A program made the translations under genes and the position numbers. From Gammaproteobacteria bacterium (GTDB lineage: Bacteria; Pseudomonadota; Gammaproteobacteria; UBA4575): a stretch of 64,000 nucleotides of DNA. This document shows, piece after piece, positions 42,547-53,032 of the stretch. The notes under the pieces were generated by a model. That model ran no database searches. It saw only the letters and a list, made by a program, of their open reading frames with translations, and was not told the DNA's origin. How positions within the stretch are numbered: the first letter of the stretch is position 1; every line of letters begins with the position of its first letter. The DNA is taken from positions 992,001 through 1,056,000 of the forward strand of contig CBDCUI010000009.1 in NCBI GenBank assembly GCA_965222615.1, in the 5' to 3' direction.

Positions 42547-44307
42547 ATGAGTACGACGAATGATGCCCTGTCAAAGTGGGTAGAAGAGGTAGCGGCACTG
42601 ACACAACCAGATAACATCGTTTGGTGCGATGGTAGTGATGCTGAATATGATCACATGGTCGATATGATGCTTGAAAGCGGCACACTGATGAAATTAAATC
42701 AAGAAACCCATCCAAACTGCTATCTGCATCGTTCAGATCCCTCTGATGTTGCACGTGTTGAACATCTAACTTTTGTTTGTTCAAAAGAAGAAGAAGATGC
42801 TGGTCCAAACAATCATTGGATGGATCCTCAAGAAGCACATAAAAAACTAGATGCATTATTTGATGGCTGTATGAAAGGCCGCACCATGTATGTCATTCCT
42901 TATTGCATGGGCCCAATTGATTCACCGCTTTCTCGCAATGGTGTTGAAATTACGGATAGCCCCTATGTAGTTGCTAACATGAAAATTATGGCGCGAATTG
43001 GTACTCCTGCTTTAAAAAGAATTGAAAAAGAAGGTACTTTTGTAAGAGGCATGCACTCAACGGGGGATTTAGATCCAGAAAAACGTTTTATTATGCATTT
43101 TCCCGAGGAACTCCTCATTAGAAGTATCGGTTCTGGTTATGGAGGTAATGCCTTACTCGGTAAAAAATGCCATGCCCTGCGTATCGCAAGTTGGCAAGCA
43201 CGTACTGAAGGTTGGCTCGCTGAGCATATGCTTATCGTAGGTTTAGAAAACCCAGCAGGCGAAACATATTACGTCGCCTGTGCATTCCCATCGGCTTGCG
43301 GCAAAACTAATCTCGCAATGTTGATTCCACCTGAGCAATACAAAGGCTGGAAAGTAACAACAGTAGGCGATGACATCTGCTGGTTACACTTACGTGATGA
43401 TGGTCGCCTGTGGGCAATCAATCCGGAATCAGGTTACTTTGGTGTCATTCCAGGAACTAATGAATGGTCAAACAAAAATGCATATGAATGCCTAAAATCT
43501 GATGCAATTTTCACAAACGCTGGTGTGACTGCAGATAACCAGCCATGGTGGGAAGATAAAGACGATGGCCAAGAACCTGCTATTGACTGGAAAGGAAACC
43601 CATATGATCCTGAAGTAGGTCCAGCTGCACATCCCAATTCTCGTTTTACTGTTTCTGCTAAGAACAATCCGGTGTATTCCCCCATGGCGGATGATCCTCA
43701 TGGTGTACCGATCTCTGCGATTGTGTTTGGTGGGCGTCGCAAAGAATTAGCACCACTAGTTTATGAAGCAAAAGACTGGGAACATGGTGTATTAGTGGGT
43801 GCATCTTGTGCATCTGAAATGACTGCAGCAGCCATTGGTGGTGCGGGGCAAGTGCGCCGCGATCCCATGGCAATGAAACCCTTCTGTGGTTATAACTTTG
43901 GAGATTATTTTGCTCATTGGCTTACCTTTGGAGGCAAATCAGATAAGTTGCCGAAGATGTTCCATGTAAATTGGTTTAGACGTGATAAAGACGGCAAATT
44001 TATGTGGCCTGGTTTTGGTGAAAACATGCGCGTCTTAGCTTGGATTCTTGACCGTGTTGAAGGCAAAGTAGATGCACGTGAAACTCCGATTGGTTTCTTA
44101 CCGAAAGTTGAAGATATCGATACTGATGGCATTGATGTGTCTGAAGAAACAATGCAAGCACTACTTGGTGTTGATGTAGCACAATGGCAAGACGAAGTAG
44201 CGGCGATCGGTGAGTACTTAAATGAGTATGGTGATCGTATGCCACAAGCAATCAAAGAGGAGTTAAGCAAAATCTCTGCGGCCTTGCAGCAGAGTAAGGC
44301 GGCTTAA
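42547..44307 (+). CDS. pckG: GTP-dependent phosphoenolpyruvate carboxykinase
   Basis: GSGYGGNALLGKKC, FPSACGKTNLAM, HPNSRF, WPGFGENMRVL. Confidence 0.97.
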   Translation: MSTTNDALSKWVEEVAALTQPDNIVWCDGSDAEYDHMVDMMLESGTLMKLNQETHPNCYLHRSDPSDVARVEHLTFVCSKEEEDAGPNNHWMDPQEAHKKLDALFDGCMKGRTMYVIPYCMGPIDSPLSRNGVEITDSPYVVANMKIMARIGTPALKRIEKEGTFVRGMHSTGDLDPEKRFIMHFPEELLIRSIGSGYGGNALLGKKCHALRIASWQARTEGWLAEHMLIVGLENPAGETYYVACAFPSACGKTNLAMLIPPEQYKGWKVTTVGDDICWLHLRDDGRLWAINPESGYFGVIPGTNEWSNKNAYECLKSDAIFTNAGVTADNQPWWEDKDDGQEPAIDWKGNPYDPEVGPAAHPNSRFTVSAKNNPVYSPMADDPHGVPISAIVFGGRRKELAPLVYEAKDWEHGVLVGASCASEMTAAAIGGAGQVRRDPMAMKPFCGYNFGDYFAHWLTFGGKSDKLPKMFHVNWFRRDKDGKFMWPGFGENMRVLAWILDRVEGKVDARETPIGFLPKVEDIDTDGIDVSEETMQALLGVDVAQWQDEVAAIGEYLNEYGDRMPQAIKEELSKISAALQQSKAA

Positions 44308-44322
44308 TTACTACATCTAAAC

Positions 44323-44358
44323 AAAAGCCCTGTGAGTATTATTTCACAGGGCTTTTTT
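44323..44358. terminator. Bidirectional rho-independent terminator
   Basis: AAAAGCCCTGTGA...TCACAGGGCTTTTTT between convergent genes. Confidence 0.85.
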
Positions 44359-44377
44359 ATTGTTTTGATAAGATATA

Positions 44378-47300
44378 TTACGGGCAAGAAGTAATCGGTC
44401 CAGAAGAAAATCCAATTGAACCTGTATTGGTTCCGGTACTGCGGCATGCTAGACCATTACTGATAAACCCTTCAATGCGATTACCCGCACCCGCTACATT
44501 TGAATTTGTTACCTGAATCGCATCATCCCCTGCTCCACCGTCACCGATATCGCGTATTGTTGAGTTAGTTAAAAACACTGTACTGCGGTTTATTAGCACA
44601 CCATCTTGAGCCGTATTTGTAACAGTAAGGTCTTGCATAGTGGCATTACTGCGTAATGCATAAACTCCATAACGTCCAGTATTAGAAACTGTAGCAGTGT
44701 CCAACGTTAAATTTCCTCTATTCACCAAAATACCGTCCAAGCCTGTACTGTTGATCAACACATTATTTAATGTAATGTCTCCATAGGTGTTAACCACGCC
44801 ATAGTTACTTGCATTAGTGATATTAAGATTGGTCGCATTAACTATCGGCGCTGTGCTTGGTCGACCATAAACCTGTAGGCCATCGCCCGTTACATTCGAC
44901 ACACTCACATCATTCAATGTCACGTTAGAGTCTCTATAAATAAAGATGCCGTCACGGTTGGCACTTGCTGTGATATCGGATATCGATGCATTATTGATTA
45001 ACAAATCTGAGTCTCGGACATATAAACCTTCTCTTGCAGAATTTGTAATTGCTGCATTATTAATGGTTGCATTAGTGTTTCTATTTAAATAAATACCTTG
45101 ATGAGTAGAGGTATCCACATTTAGATTCTCAAGATTTGAAGTGGTGTTGTTTAGGTACAAACCTTGATTGGCTGAATTCTTTATACTCAAGTCCTTACCA
45201 TTAAACGTAGCTCTATTTGCATACACTCCTTGGCGACCTGAATTTTGAATATCAATGTCTACAAAATTCATAACTGAATTGCCTGTAATATACATTCCTT
45301 GGAATCCAGAATCTCGTATCGATAAATCGTCAACTGTTGCTGTAGTATTGTTTACATATAAACTTTGCTGCGCAGCATTAACTATCCCTACCTCACGTAA
45401 ATCAGCATTAGTACGCAGCATATAGATACCCTGTCTTGTGGTATTGTCTACATTTACATTTTCTGCTGATAAGGTCGCATCTCTTGTATAGATTCCCTGA
45501 CTTGTTACATTGCTAACATCTACATTCGCCATATTTATGGTCGAATTGTTATAAGCGTAAATACCTTGGTGTCTAGTATTTTTAATGTTCACATCCGTAA
45601 GGGAAACAGTGGAGTTATTGCTAATAATTCCCTGACTTGTAACGTTATCTATTAATATATTATTCAAATCCAGAATTGAACCATTCGTTGCGTAAATACC
45701 ATCACGATTAGCATTAACATCTATATCTGTTATCGAAGCATTTCTTAAATCTAAATTTGAATTATTCACTTCAATCGCTTCAGAACCAGATTTTGTAATG
45801 GATAGATTATTTGCAATAACTGTAGAACCTGAACGTATACGCATGCCTTCATTTCTGGTATTGCTTATATCAACATTCTGTAAAACTGCCGTAGAGCCTG
45901 CAAGCTCTATGCCTTCACGTGCAGTATTTTCTATTGAAAGATCATTAAACACTGCAGAGGAATTACTTGTTAGATAAACCCCTTCCCGATTTGTATTTAA
46001 AATACTTAGCTTAGTGAAATTCGCGGTAGAATTAGATGTCACTAAGACACCTTGACGGCCAATATTGTTAATCGTGATGTTGGTAAAATTCACATCGGAA
46101 TTATTGTGAATATAGACCCCTTGCCGATTTGTCGCAGAGCTTAATACATTAGTATTAGCTACGCATACATTTTGCGAGTTATTAATACGGATAGACCTAC
46201 CACCTGCTAGATCTACACCGTTAATAGTTACATCATTATCACTGTTAATATAAATCAACTCACCATTACCGGTACGACTGATACTGCCTCTTTCTCCAGC
46301 AGGTGTATATGCCATACTAACCAAATCACCATTTGGTTTTTTTGCTTGTAAGGTAATCTGCTGCCCGCCACCAACTATAATCTGTCCAGGCTGGGTATTG
46401 ATTGTAGTACCACCAAGGTTTATTTCACCTTGGCTTCCATCTGCAATAATTAAACTGTTTTCACCTGCAGTTGATACGGCGCTCGCAACATTCGTTGTGG
46501 TTGCATTAACGGTTTCAACTACATTAATGACTTGACCAGTCTTTGGGTTATAAATAGGCACAAGTTGATCACCAACGCGTTCACTAGTAAGGATATCGTC
46601 ATCACGTTTTACAGTTTCAACCATCCTTTTTTCTAATGAACTTAACGAACTTGTTCTTGAATTTCTCTTTCCACCAAATGGAATTCTAAGCTGTAATAAC
46701 CCAAACGATTCACTGCCGCGAACACTGTCCTCCGTATATTCTGCGCCTAGTGTTAAACGCGCATCTTTAGAGATGGAGTTTAATAGCGGCAGATCATCAA
46801 AACGCATCTCAAGTCGCAACTTGGGACCACTTACTTTTTCAAAATCACTGGCGTCATAATGATAAGCACCTAGATAAAATCTAGAATCTTTGAAATAGGG
46901 TAGTTTTCGCCCTATTTCAAAGTCGACGCCAGGTAACGCGCGCTCTTCTCCTAAACGTGCACCAATTTGATTACCTCTAAGTTCTATAACACTTGCATCG
47001 TCGGCATCTTTACGATTATTTTCAGCAAAATAAAGATTGGTACGAAAGTCCCAGTCATTACTTAAAAGTTCCGCACCTACCGTCATTTGGTCAAAGCTAT
47101 TAGAGGTTTCGGACTCTTTCCAATCGTAGAATACCCAACCACCAGCAATCCATTCATCATAGAGTTTTCTGACACCTATTCCAGCATTGCCTTCTCTATA
47201 ACTGTGATCATCAAAATTTGCTTTAAGATTTCCAAATACAAGAACATCATCACTTTGTTGTAAAGGCAAGAAAAGATCGCCTTTGGCAAGTGATCGATCG

Positions 47301-47434
47301 CTTCCTGGTTTAGCAAAGAATTCGATATGACCTGTCCACTTATTTTGATCTTGTGCAGTAGCAATACCAAGCAGCAACATGAAAATTGCTGTAGTAAAAA
47401 ATACTCTATAAGAAAAATTCCTGATCTCTTTCAA
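44378..47434 (-). CDS. Inverse-autotransporter beta-domain protein with right-handed beta-helix repeats (adhesin-like)
   Basis: Intimin/invasin-like N-terminal barrel (EGNAGIGVR, QMTVGAE, DFRTNLY, RM.ETVKRD); many ~23-aa I.N...(Q/E)G(I/V)Y repeats. Confidence 0.82.
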   Translation of the reverse strand: MKEIRNFSYRVFFTTAIFMLLLGIATAQDQNKWTGHIEFFAKPGSDRSLAKGDLFLPLQQSDDVLVFGNLKANFDDHSYREGNAGIGVRKLYDEWIAGGWVFYDWKESETSNSFDQMTVGAELLSNDWDFRTNLYFAENNRKDADDASVIELRGNQIGARLGEERALPGVDFEIGRKLPYFKDSRFYLGAYHYDASDFEKVSGPKLRLEMRFDDLPLLNSISKDARLTLGAEYTEDSVRGSESFGLLQLRIPFGGKRNSRTSSLSSLEKRMVETVKRDDDILTSERVGDQLVPIYNPKTGQVINVVETVNATTTNVASAVSTAGENSLIIADGSQGEINLGGTTINTQPGQIIVGGGQQITLQAKKPNGDLVSMAYTPAGERGSISRTGNGELIYINSDNDVTINGVDLAGGRSIRINNSQNVCVANTNVLSSATNRQGVYIHNNSDVNFTNITINNIGRQGVLVTSNSTANFTKLSILNTNREGVYLTSNSSAVFNDLSIENTAREGIELAGSTAVLQNVDISNTRNEGMRIRSGSTVIANNLSITKSGSEAIEVNNSNLDLRNASITDIDVNANRDGIYATNGSILDLNNILIDNVTSQGIISNNSTVSLTDVNIKNTRHQGIYAYNNSTINMANVDVSNVTSQGIYTRDATLSAENVNVDNTTRQGIYMLRTNADLREVGIVNAAQQSLYVNNTTATVDDLSIRDSGFQGMYITGNSVMNFVDIDIQNSGRQGVYANRATFNGKDLSIKNSANQGLYLNNTTSNLENLNVDTSTHQGIYLNRNTNATINNAAITNSAREGLYVRDSDLLINNASISDITASANRDGIFIYRDSNVTLNDVSVSNVTGDGLQVYGRPSTAPIVNATNLNITNASNYGVVNTYGDITLNNVLINSTGLDGILVNRGNLTLDTATVSNTGRYGVYALRSNATMQDLTVTNTAQDGVLINRSTVFLTNSTIRDIGDGGAGDDAIQVTNSNVAGAGNRIEGFISNGLACRSTGTNTGSIGFSSGPITSCP

Positions 47435-47617
47435 ATGTCACATCCTTGTGCTGCACAACAATCCTTAGTGTGCGTTTCCCTGGTTTTAACAAAACTTCAT
47501 GTCTTGCTAACCTTAGACCTATTATTAAATGAGATAGAGGAAGTAATGAGGCGGCTAATCGGAAAACTTTAGCCACAAACTGTAAAAAATGTGAAATTTA
47601 GAGCTACCTAACAATAT

Positions 47618-47639
47618 AAATGTGAAGCAGTTCACACTT
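47618..47639. promoter_or_regulatory. CRP/Vfr-like binding site
   Basis: AAATGTGAAGCAGTTCACACTT, perfect TGTGA-N6-TCACA core. Confidence 0.7.
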
Positions 47640-47820
47640 TTTTTGAGCGTATTGATGCTTAAAACAAGTACAGAAGCATGTTCTATAAATCTTAAAGATC
47701 CTTCACATTTTCACTAAATGATATTTTCATGCAAAATAGCTACCCCTAACCCATCTATTACTCCTCAAGCAGACTGTTGGAGGGGCGAGAATCATAAATG
47801 CACTAGCAACATAAATTATT

Positions 47821-48288
47821 TTGTTAAAAAAAATTATTTCAGGAGGCCAAACTGGTGTCGACCGTGCTGCTTTAGATGCAGCATTAAATTTCAATTTTCC
47901 TTGCGGTGGATTTTGTCCTCGGGGCCGTAAAGCTGAAGACGGTATAATTTCAAATGAATATCCATTACAAGAACATCACTCTCACAATTATTCACAACGG
48001 ACTCTTGAAAATGTACTAGTTGCAGATGCTACCTTGATCATTTATACAAACAAACTCAGGGGTGGCACAGGACTCACTTTGAGACTTTGTAAGGATCATA
48101 ATAAAAAACACCTGTTAATTAATGCAGCTGAACATGAAACAGATAAAGCTGCAAAAATTACACAAAACTTTATTCAACAGCATAAAATTGAGATTTTAAA
48201 TGTAGCCGGGCCTCGTAAAAGTCAGTGGCTTGAAGGCTATGAATACGTCTATTCCACCTTTGAGTTGATCTTCAAAAATTATTTGTAA
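47821..48288 (+). CDS. Putative molybdenum carrier / SLOG-family protein
   Basis: KIISGGQTGVDRAALD, RT..NV..AD.TL, LNVAGPR. Confidence 0.88.
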   Translation: MLKKIISGGQTGVDRAALDAALNFNFPCGGFCPRGRKAEDGIISNEYPLQEHHSHNYSQRTLENVLVADATLIIYTNKLRGGTGLTLRLCKDHNKKHLLINAAEHETDKAAKITQNFIQQHKIEILNVAGPRKSQWLEGYEYVYSTFELIFKNYL

Positions 48289-48300
48289 TAACACTTTTTC

Positions 48301-48735
48301 TTATTTACTGTTCTTATTATTTATGAGTTGTTGCATTTGCAAATAAGTAAAAGAGGCTGTCCAAGCAATTAAAACCAAACCAGTTAATGCTTCTGATCCA
48401 GCTGTAAATCTTATATTGCCTATTGGGACAATATCTCCATAACCGAGAGAAGTATAATTTACAAATGAAAAATAGGCGCAATCTTTAATAGTATAATTAA
48501 AGTCACCAATAATATCCCCTACTCCACCTAGCGATAACAAAAAATAGTACAAAAAAGCAAACATCCAAATTTCAATTACATGAGTAAGGATGACAACCAA
48601 GACACCCACTGGCAATAAAAGTCTGGTTGGCCATGAGCGTTTAAAATGACCTTCAGCTAAATGAGTTAAAACCTCATAGTGAAGCGCAACGGCTAACACA
48701 ATCGCAAAGATTGTGCTTATAAAAACTATTATCAT
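48301..48735 (-). CDS. Two-TM potassium-channel-family protein
   Basis: YFSFVNYTSLGYGD pore motif. Confidence 0.85.
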   Translation of the reverse strand: MIIVFISTIFAIVLAVALHYEVLTHLAEGHFKRSWPTRLLLPVGVLVVILTHVIEIWMFAFLYYFLLSLGGVGDIIGDFNYTIKDCAYFSFVNYTSLGYGDIVPIGNIRFTAGSEALTGLVLIAWTASFTYLQMQQLINNKNSK

Positions 48736-48786
48736 AGAATTTTATTTTGAACTTAACTCAAAATAATAAATAATATCTTTGGCGAT

Positions 48787-49626
48787 TTATTCAAATATTT
48801 CCTCAAAAAACATCTGCATACGGTTCCACGAATCCTCGTCCGCATGACGATTATATTGCAATGCAGGTAAATTAAATTTTTGCCTAAATTCATCAGCTTG
48901 AGGGTTTGTAAAACTGTGTTTTACATTTGGATAAGCGACAAATTCATATTGAGCACCAGCTTCCTGCATTTCATCTTTAAAAGAATCAACTTTTTCAGTA
49001 GGAATAAACGGATCATCGGCACCGTGCAAAACCAATATCCTGGCTTTAATCGTTTCGGGTTTTGCTGGAGACTGAGTATCCAAACTACCATGGAAACTAA
49101 CCACACCATCTAAATCTGTGCCTATTCTTGCCATATGCAAAACGATACCTCCACCAAAACAGTAACCGATTGCAGCATTTTTAGTTTGATCTGTATACTT
49201 TTGTTCATTTAACAACTTATGTGCTGCTAGAAAACGTTTTTCGGCCTGCGACATATTATTAGTCACCTCTTGCATAAATTTACTTGCATCTTTGGGATGT
49301 TCAGCAAGTTTACCCTCACCATACATATCAACCGCCAAGGCTACATAACCAAGCTGTGCTAACATTTCTGCACGTCTGCGCGCATATTCGTTATGCCCCC
49401 ACCATTCATGCACCACCAATACCCCAGGGCGCTCGGTGGTAACAGATGAATCATACGCAAGGTAACCGGTGAAATTTATACCATCTACCTGGTAATCAAT
49501 TTCCTGAGCAATAATGTTGGCTCGGGCTTTAGCATTATTGCTACTTGCATGCTCATCAGCATAAGCAATATGACTTAAAGATAAAAATAAGATAACTAGA
49601 TATATAAACCTCATCTCCAACCTCAT
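48787..49626 (-). CDS. Dienelactone hydrolase family protein (exported)
   Basis: HEWWG, GYCFGG, HGADDP, HSFTNP. Confidence 0.92.
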   Translation of the reverse strand: MRLEMRFIYLVILFLSLSHIAYADEHASSNNAKARANIIAQEIDYQVDGINFTGYLAYDSSVTTERPGVLVVHEWWGHNEYARRRAEMLAQLGYVALAVDMYGEGKLAEHPKDASKFMQEVTNNMSQAEKRFLAAHKLLNEQKYTDQTKNAAIGYCFGGGIVLHMARIGTDLDGVVSFHGSLDTQSPAKPETIKARILVLHGADDPFIPTEKVDSFKDEMQEAGAQYEFVAYPNVKHSFTNPQADEFRQKFNLPALQYNRHADEDSWNRMQMFFEEIFE

Positions 49627-49887
49627 CTTTGTGATTTATTAAATTATATTACGAAATTTACGACTAAAGCTTAAGCATAAAGCCACTAACAGTGTTATTT
49701 GCAAGACTGATGATTTAGCTGTCTTGTCTAGTACCTGCAAGAAACTATATGCGAAATTAATAATTTCTATCCAAAATTGCAATCAAATTCATCAGAAAAG
49801 TGTCTCTATATATGAGCCTAAAAAAATGTAACCAGCTTTCAGGCTCAAAACCCAATAATTCAACTATACCTAGGAGATCAATACATT

Positions 49888-50172
49888 ATGAAGAAACAAA
49901 CCCTAATCAGCTCAACAATGGCTGGTATCTTTGCACTTGGAGCAGCAGTAACCACACAAAATGTATTTGCTGTACCAGACGCCCCCGAAAATTGGGAAAA
50001 ATGCGCAGGTGTGGCTAAAGCAGGAATGAATGACTGTGGCTCATTTGATGGTGCACATCAATGTGCTGGACAAGCCACAGAAGATAACTCTGAGCATGAA
50101 TGGGTCTATGTACCGGAAGGCACATGCACCAAGCTTGGAGGTGTTGTTAAGGCAACTAAACCTGCTAAGTAA
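49888..50172 (+). CDS. DUF2282/BufA1-type bufferin RiPP precursor
   Basis: Signal peptide; EKCAGVAKAGMNDC...HQCAGQA...WVYVPEGTC, four Cys; AGGAG RBS. Confidence 0.9.
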   Translation: MKKQTLISSTMAGIFALGAAVTTQNVFAVPDAPENWEKCAGVAKAGMNDCGSFDGAHQCAGQATEDNSEHEWVYVPEGTCTKLGGVVKATKPAK

Positions 50173-50190
50173 ATTATTGAGATCTAATCA

Positions 50191-51078
50191 ATGGGAAATA
50201 TACCTTCTTTTAATCTAACGAATGTTCCTACACCAAGGATTGGTGTGGGACTTCGTTCACCTCATGTAAAAGATATTCTAACAACTAAACCTAGACTGGA
50301 TTTCTTTGAGCTGCTGACAGATAACCATCTAGCTGAAGGAGGTTATGCCAGGCAACAAGCTTACGCCATTCGCGACAATTATCCCGTCACCATGCATTGT
50401 GTAGGCATGTCATTGGGCGGGACCGATCCGATTGATTTCGATTACTTGACCAAAATTAAACAACTTGCCAAAGAGCTACAGCCCGAAATTATTTCAGATC
50501 ATTTGTGCTGGACTTCATTCGAAAAACAACATGCGCATGACTTGCTTCCATTACCCTACACCGAAGAAGCAGTCACGCATGTTAGCAATCGTATTCGACA
50601 AATACAGGATTTTTTGGAAACAACATTAGTAGTTGAAAATGTATCGAGTTATTTAACTTATAAATGCTCACAATTAAATGAATGGGATTTTTTAACTGCT
50701 GTTGTTGAGGCAGCTGACTGTAAAATATTACTCGATATTAACAATATCTATGTAAGTCAATTTAACAACCAAATTAATGCGCTTAAGTATATTAATAGTA
50801 TTCCACTTAAACTTGTGGATGAAATTCATCTTGCAGGATTTGAACATAGAGGTGAATATTTACTAGACGCACATAATAATAAAGTTGCAGATCCTGTATG
50901 GAAATTATATGAGGAAGTTATAAAAAGTGATAACAGCATTCCTACTTTAATTGAATGGGATAATGACCTTCCTTCGTTTTCGACTTTGCTTAATGAAGCA
51001 AAAAAAGCCCGCAACTTACAACAATCTTATAACCCAAATGTAACTAATATGCATATGCAAAAATCCTTACCAGCATAA
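50191..51078 (+). CDS. DUF692 multinuclear non-heme iron oxidase (MNIO, BufB-like)
   Basis: GVGLRSPH, SDHLCW, DLLPLP, ENVSSY, LLDINN, EIHLAG, EWD. Confidence 0.93.
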   Translation: MGNIPSFNLTNVPTPRIGVGLRSPHVKDILTTKPRLDFFELLTDNHLAEGGYARQQAYAIRDNYPVTMHCVGMSLGGTDPIDFDYLTKIKQLAKELQPEIISDHLCWTSFEKQHAHDLLPLPYTEEAVTHVSNRIRQIQDFLETTLVVENVSSYLTYKCSQLNEWDFLTAVVEAADCKILLDINNIYVSQFNNQINALKYINSIPLKLVDEIHLAGFEHRGEYLLDAHNNKVADPVWKLYEEVIKSDNSIPTLIEWDNDLPSFSTLLNEAKKARNLQQSYNPNVTNMHMQKSLPA

Positions 51079-51082
51079 TTTA

Positions 51083-51886
51083 TTGATGCAACAACTCCAT
51101 AACATACAACATAAATTCTGGAAAAATTTACGCTGCCAGGAAACTTCTCTCGTTAATACTGAATTCATTTCAGCAGATGACAAGCTTACTGCAACTGATA
51201 AAATTAACATTTATCGACAGACTAGCTGTACAGCACATGTAAATGCACTTGCACAACGTTATTCATGCTGTGAGAAAATACTCGGTGAAAAATACTTTAA
51301 ACAACTCGCAAAACAGTATTTCTATAAATACCCCGCTACTAGTCAAAATTTAAACTTATATGGTCAATTTTTCCCCGAATTTTTGCAAGAATGTGTAACT
51401 AAGTATGCTGAATTAAAGGATTACCCATATTTTCCTGATCTTGCACGTTTCGAACAAGCTTATGAGCTAACCTACCACGCTAAGGATGATGCAACATTTG
51501 ATTTTAGTGCACTTGCTAACCTAGATGCACAAAGTCACCAAAATCTATGTTTCAAACTAAGTGAGTCGTTATATATATTGCGATCCAACTATCCAATTTA
51601 TGAAATTTGGCTTACAAATCAAAATAAAAATCGACAACAAAAAATTCCAGCAATCGACAAATCTCAGTATTTATGTATTTACCGCGAAGAATTCAAACCT
51701 ATAGTTGAAAAGATAGAACCAGCTTGCTGGTGGATTTTAAAGAATATTCAAGACCGCATATCTCTTTCACAATTTGAAATTTTAGCTGTCGATGAAGGTA
51801 TAGATTTTTCTTTACAAACAATTATACCTGAGCTTATTCAAAAAAAATGGATATGTGGGTATTATCTACGAGACTCTAAAAATTAG
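51083..51886 (+). CDS. DUF2063 partner protein (BufC-like)
   Basis: IY...AL..RY......LGE..F, YG..FP.FL, DLARFE; directly follows the MNIO gene. Confidence 0.85.
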   Translation: MMQQLHNIQHKFWKNLRCQETSLVNTEFISADDKLTATDKINIYRQTSCTAHVNALAQRYSCCEKILGEKYFKQLAKQYFYKYPATSQNLNLYGQFFPEFLQECVTKYAELKDYPYFPDLARFEQAYELTYHAKDDATFDFSALANLDAQSHQNLCFKLSESLYILRSNYPIYEIWLTNQNKNRQQKIPAIDKSQYLCIYREEFKPIVEKIEPACWWILKNIQDRISLSQFEILAVDEGIDFSLQTIIPELIQKKWICGYYLRDSKN

Positions 51887-52374
51887 TGATGTTTGATAAA
51901 ACTGAACTTAATCAATTATATCGCTATTGCATTGTCTTAGTAGACAATCAGGCTGACGCATATGATTTACTCCAAACTTCGCTGGAAAAGTATTTGCGAT
52001 CACCCCCCAGAGAAAAAACCGCGAAAAAAAGCTATATACGTAAGATTATTCGTAATCAATTTATTAACCAATATCGTAATACAAAGAAAATTGAAATAGA
52101 AACATTTGATGAGGACAATATTACAAATATACATAACGAATTATCTTCTTTAGAAACAATTATGATTCATAAAGAAGATGCCCACCTAATTTGGAGTCTA
52201 TTAGATTTCTCTGAACGTGAAATTATGTATTTGTGGGCTATTCAAGGTTTTACAACTTCTGAAGTGGCAGAGTATCTGGATGTACCGAAAGGAACAATAG
52301 TGTCTAAAATATCTAGACTGCGTAAGCGTATAACCAATCAGCTCTCTTTAAATGCGCAAAGTGGTGTCGTATGA
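51886..52374 (+). CDS. ECF RNA polymerase sigma factor
   Basis: DAYDLLQ region 2; EVAEYLDVPKGTIVSKISR region 4. Confidence 0.9.
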   Translation: MMFDKTELNQLYRYCIVLVDNQADAYDLLQTSLEKYLRSPPREKTAKKSYIRKIIRNQFINQYRNTKKIEIETFDEDNITNIHNELSSLETIMIHKEDAHLIWSLLDFSEREIMYLWAIQGFTTSEVAEYLDVPKGTIVSKISRLRKRITNQLSLNAQSGVV

Positions 52375-53003
52375 AAAAAGTACCTTTAAAAAATGGCATT
52401 CAACAACACATAGATTGCATTAAACTCAAAGACCAACAACTTGATGATTTAGTGCAGTTACAGCGTAGCTATTCTAAACACCAAACCAATGGAAAAAATA
52501 CCAAGCTATTAACTACACCATTGACAAAATTGGCTGGCATTACCGCAGCTATACTGATTATGATAGCTTTAGGATTATTTATACTCGACCAACAACCCAC
52601 TATAGGCACCAAGATTGCCCATGAGGTGTCCAAAAACCATCTAAAACTCAAACCACTAGAAATTAATAGCGATCAGTTAAGTGATTTAAGTAATTATTTT
52701 TCTCAGCTCGATTTCAGGCTTGTACATACAAAGATTTTAAGTGACCCAAATTGGGAACTACTTGGAGCTCGTTATTGCTCCATACAAGGCAATACTGCTG
52801 CACAACTACGACTTAAAAACAAGCAAACAGGCGCTGTTGAAACCTTATACCAAGCCCCCTTCTATGAAGACCAATTTAGAAAAGTTCCTATACTTGAAAA
52901 TAACCAACTTCCTTTAGAAAAATATGCTAAAGGAATCGGCGTAAATATTTGGGTAGAAAAAGGTGTCTTGTTTGCTCTAACTAACAATAGCTCGCAAAAT
53001 TAG
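52371..53003 (+). CDS. Putative anti-sigma factor (single TM, periplasmic domain)
   Basis: Overlaps the sigma gene stop; one TM segment; LLGARYCSIQG..AAQ motif. Confidence 0.75.
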   Translation: MKKVPLKNGIQQHIDCIKLKDQQLDDLVQLQRSYSKHQTNGKNTKLLTTPLTKLAGITAAILIMIALGLFILDQQPTIGTKIAHEVSKNHLKLKPLEINSDQLSDLSNYFSQLDFRLVHTKILSDPNWELLGARYCSIQGNTAAQLRLKNKQTGAVETLYQAPFYEDQFRKVPILENNQLPLEKYAKGIGVNIWVEKGVLFALTNNSSQN

Positions 53004-53032
53004 TACTCAGTCAAAACTACAGATCAAATTTA

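Noticed and set aside
49800-50018. Alternative 72-aa ORF overlapping the RiPP precursor
   Set aside because: The 49888 frame has the RBS, signal peptide and DUF2282 motif.
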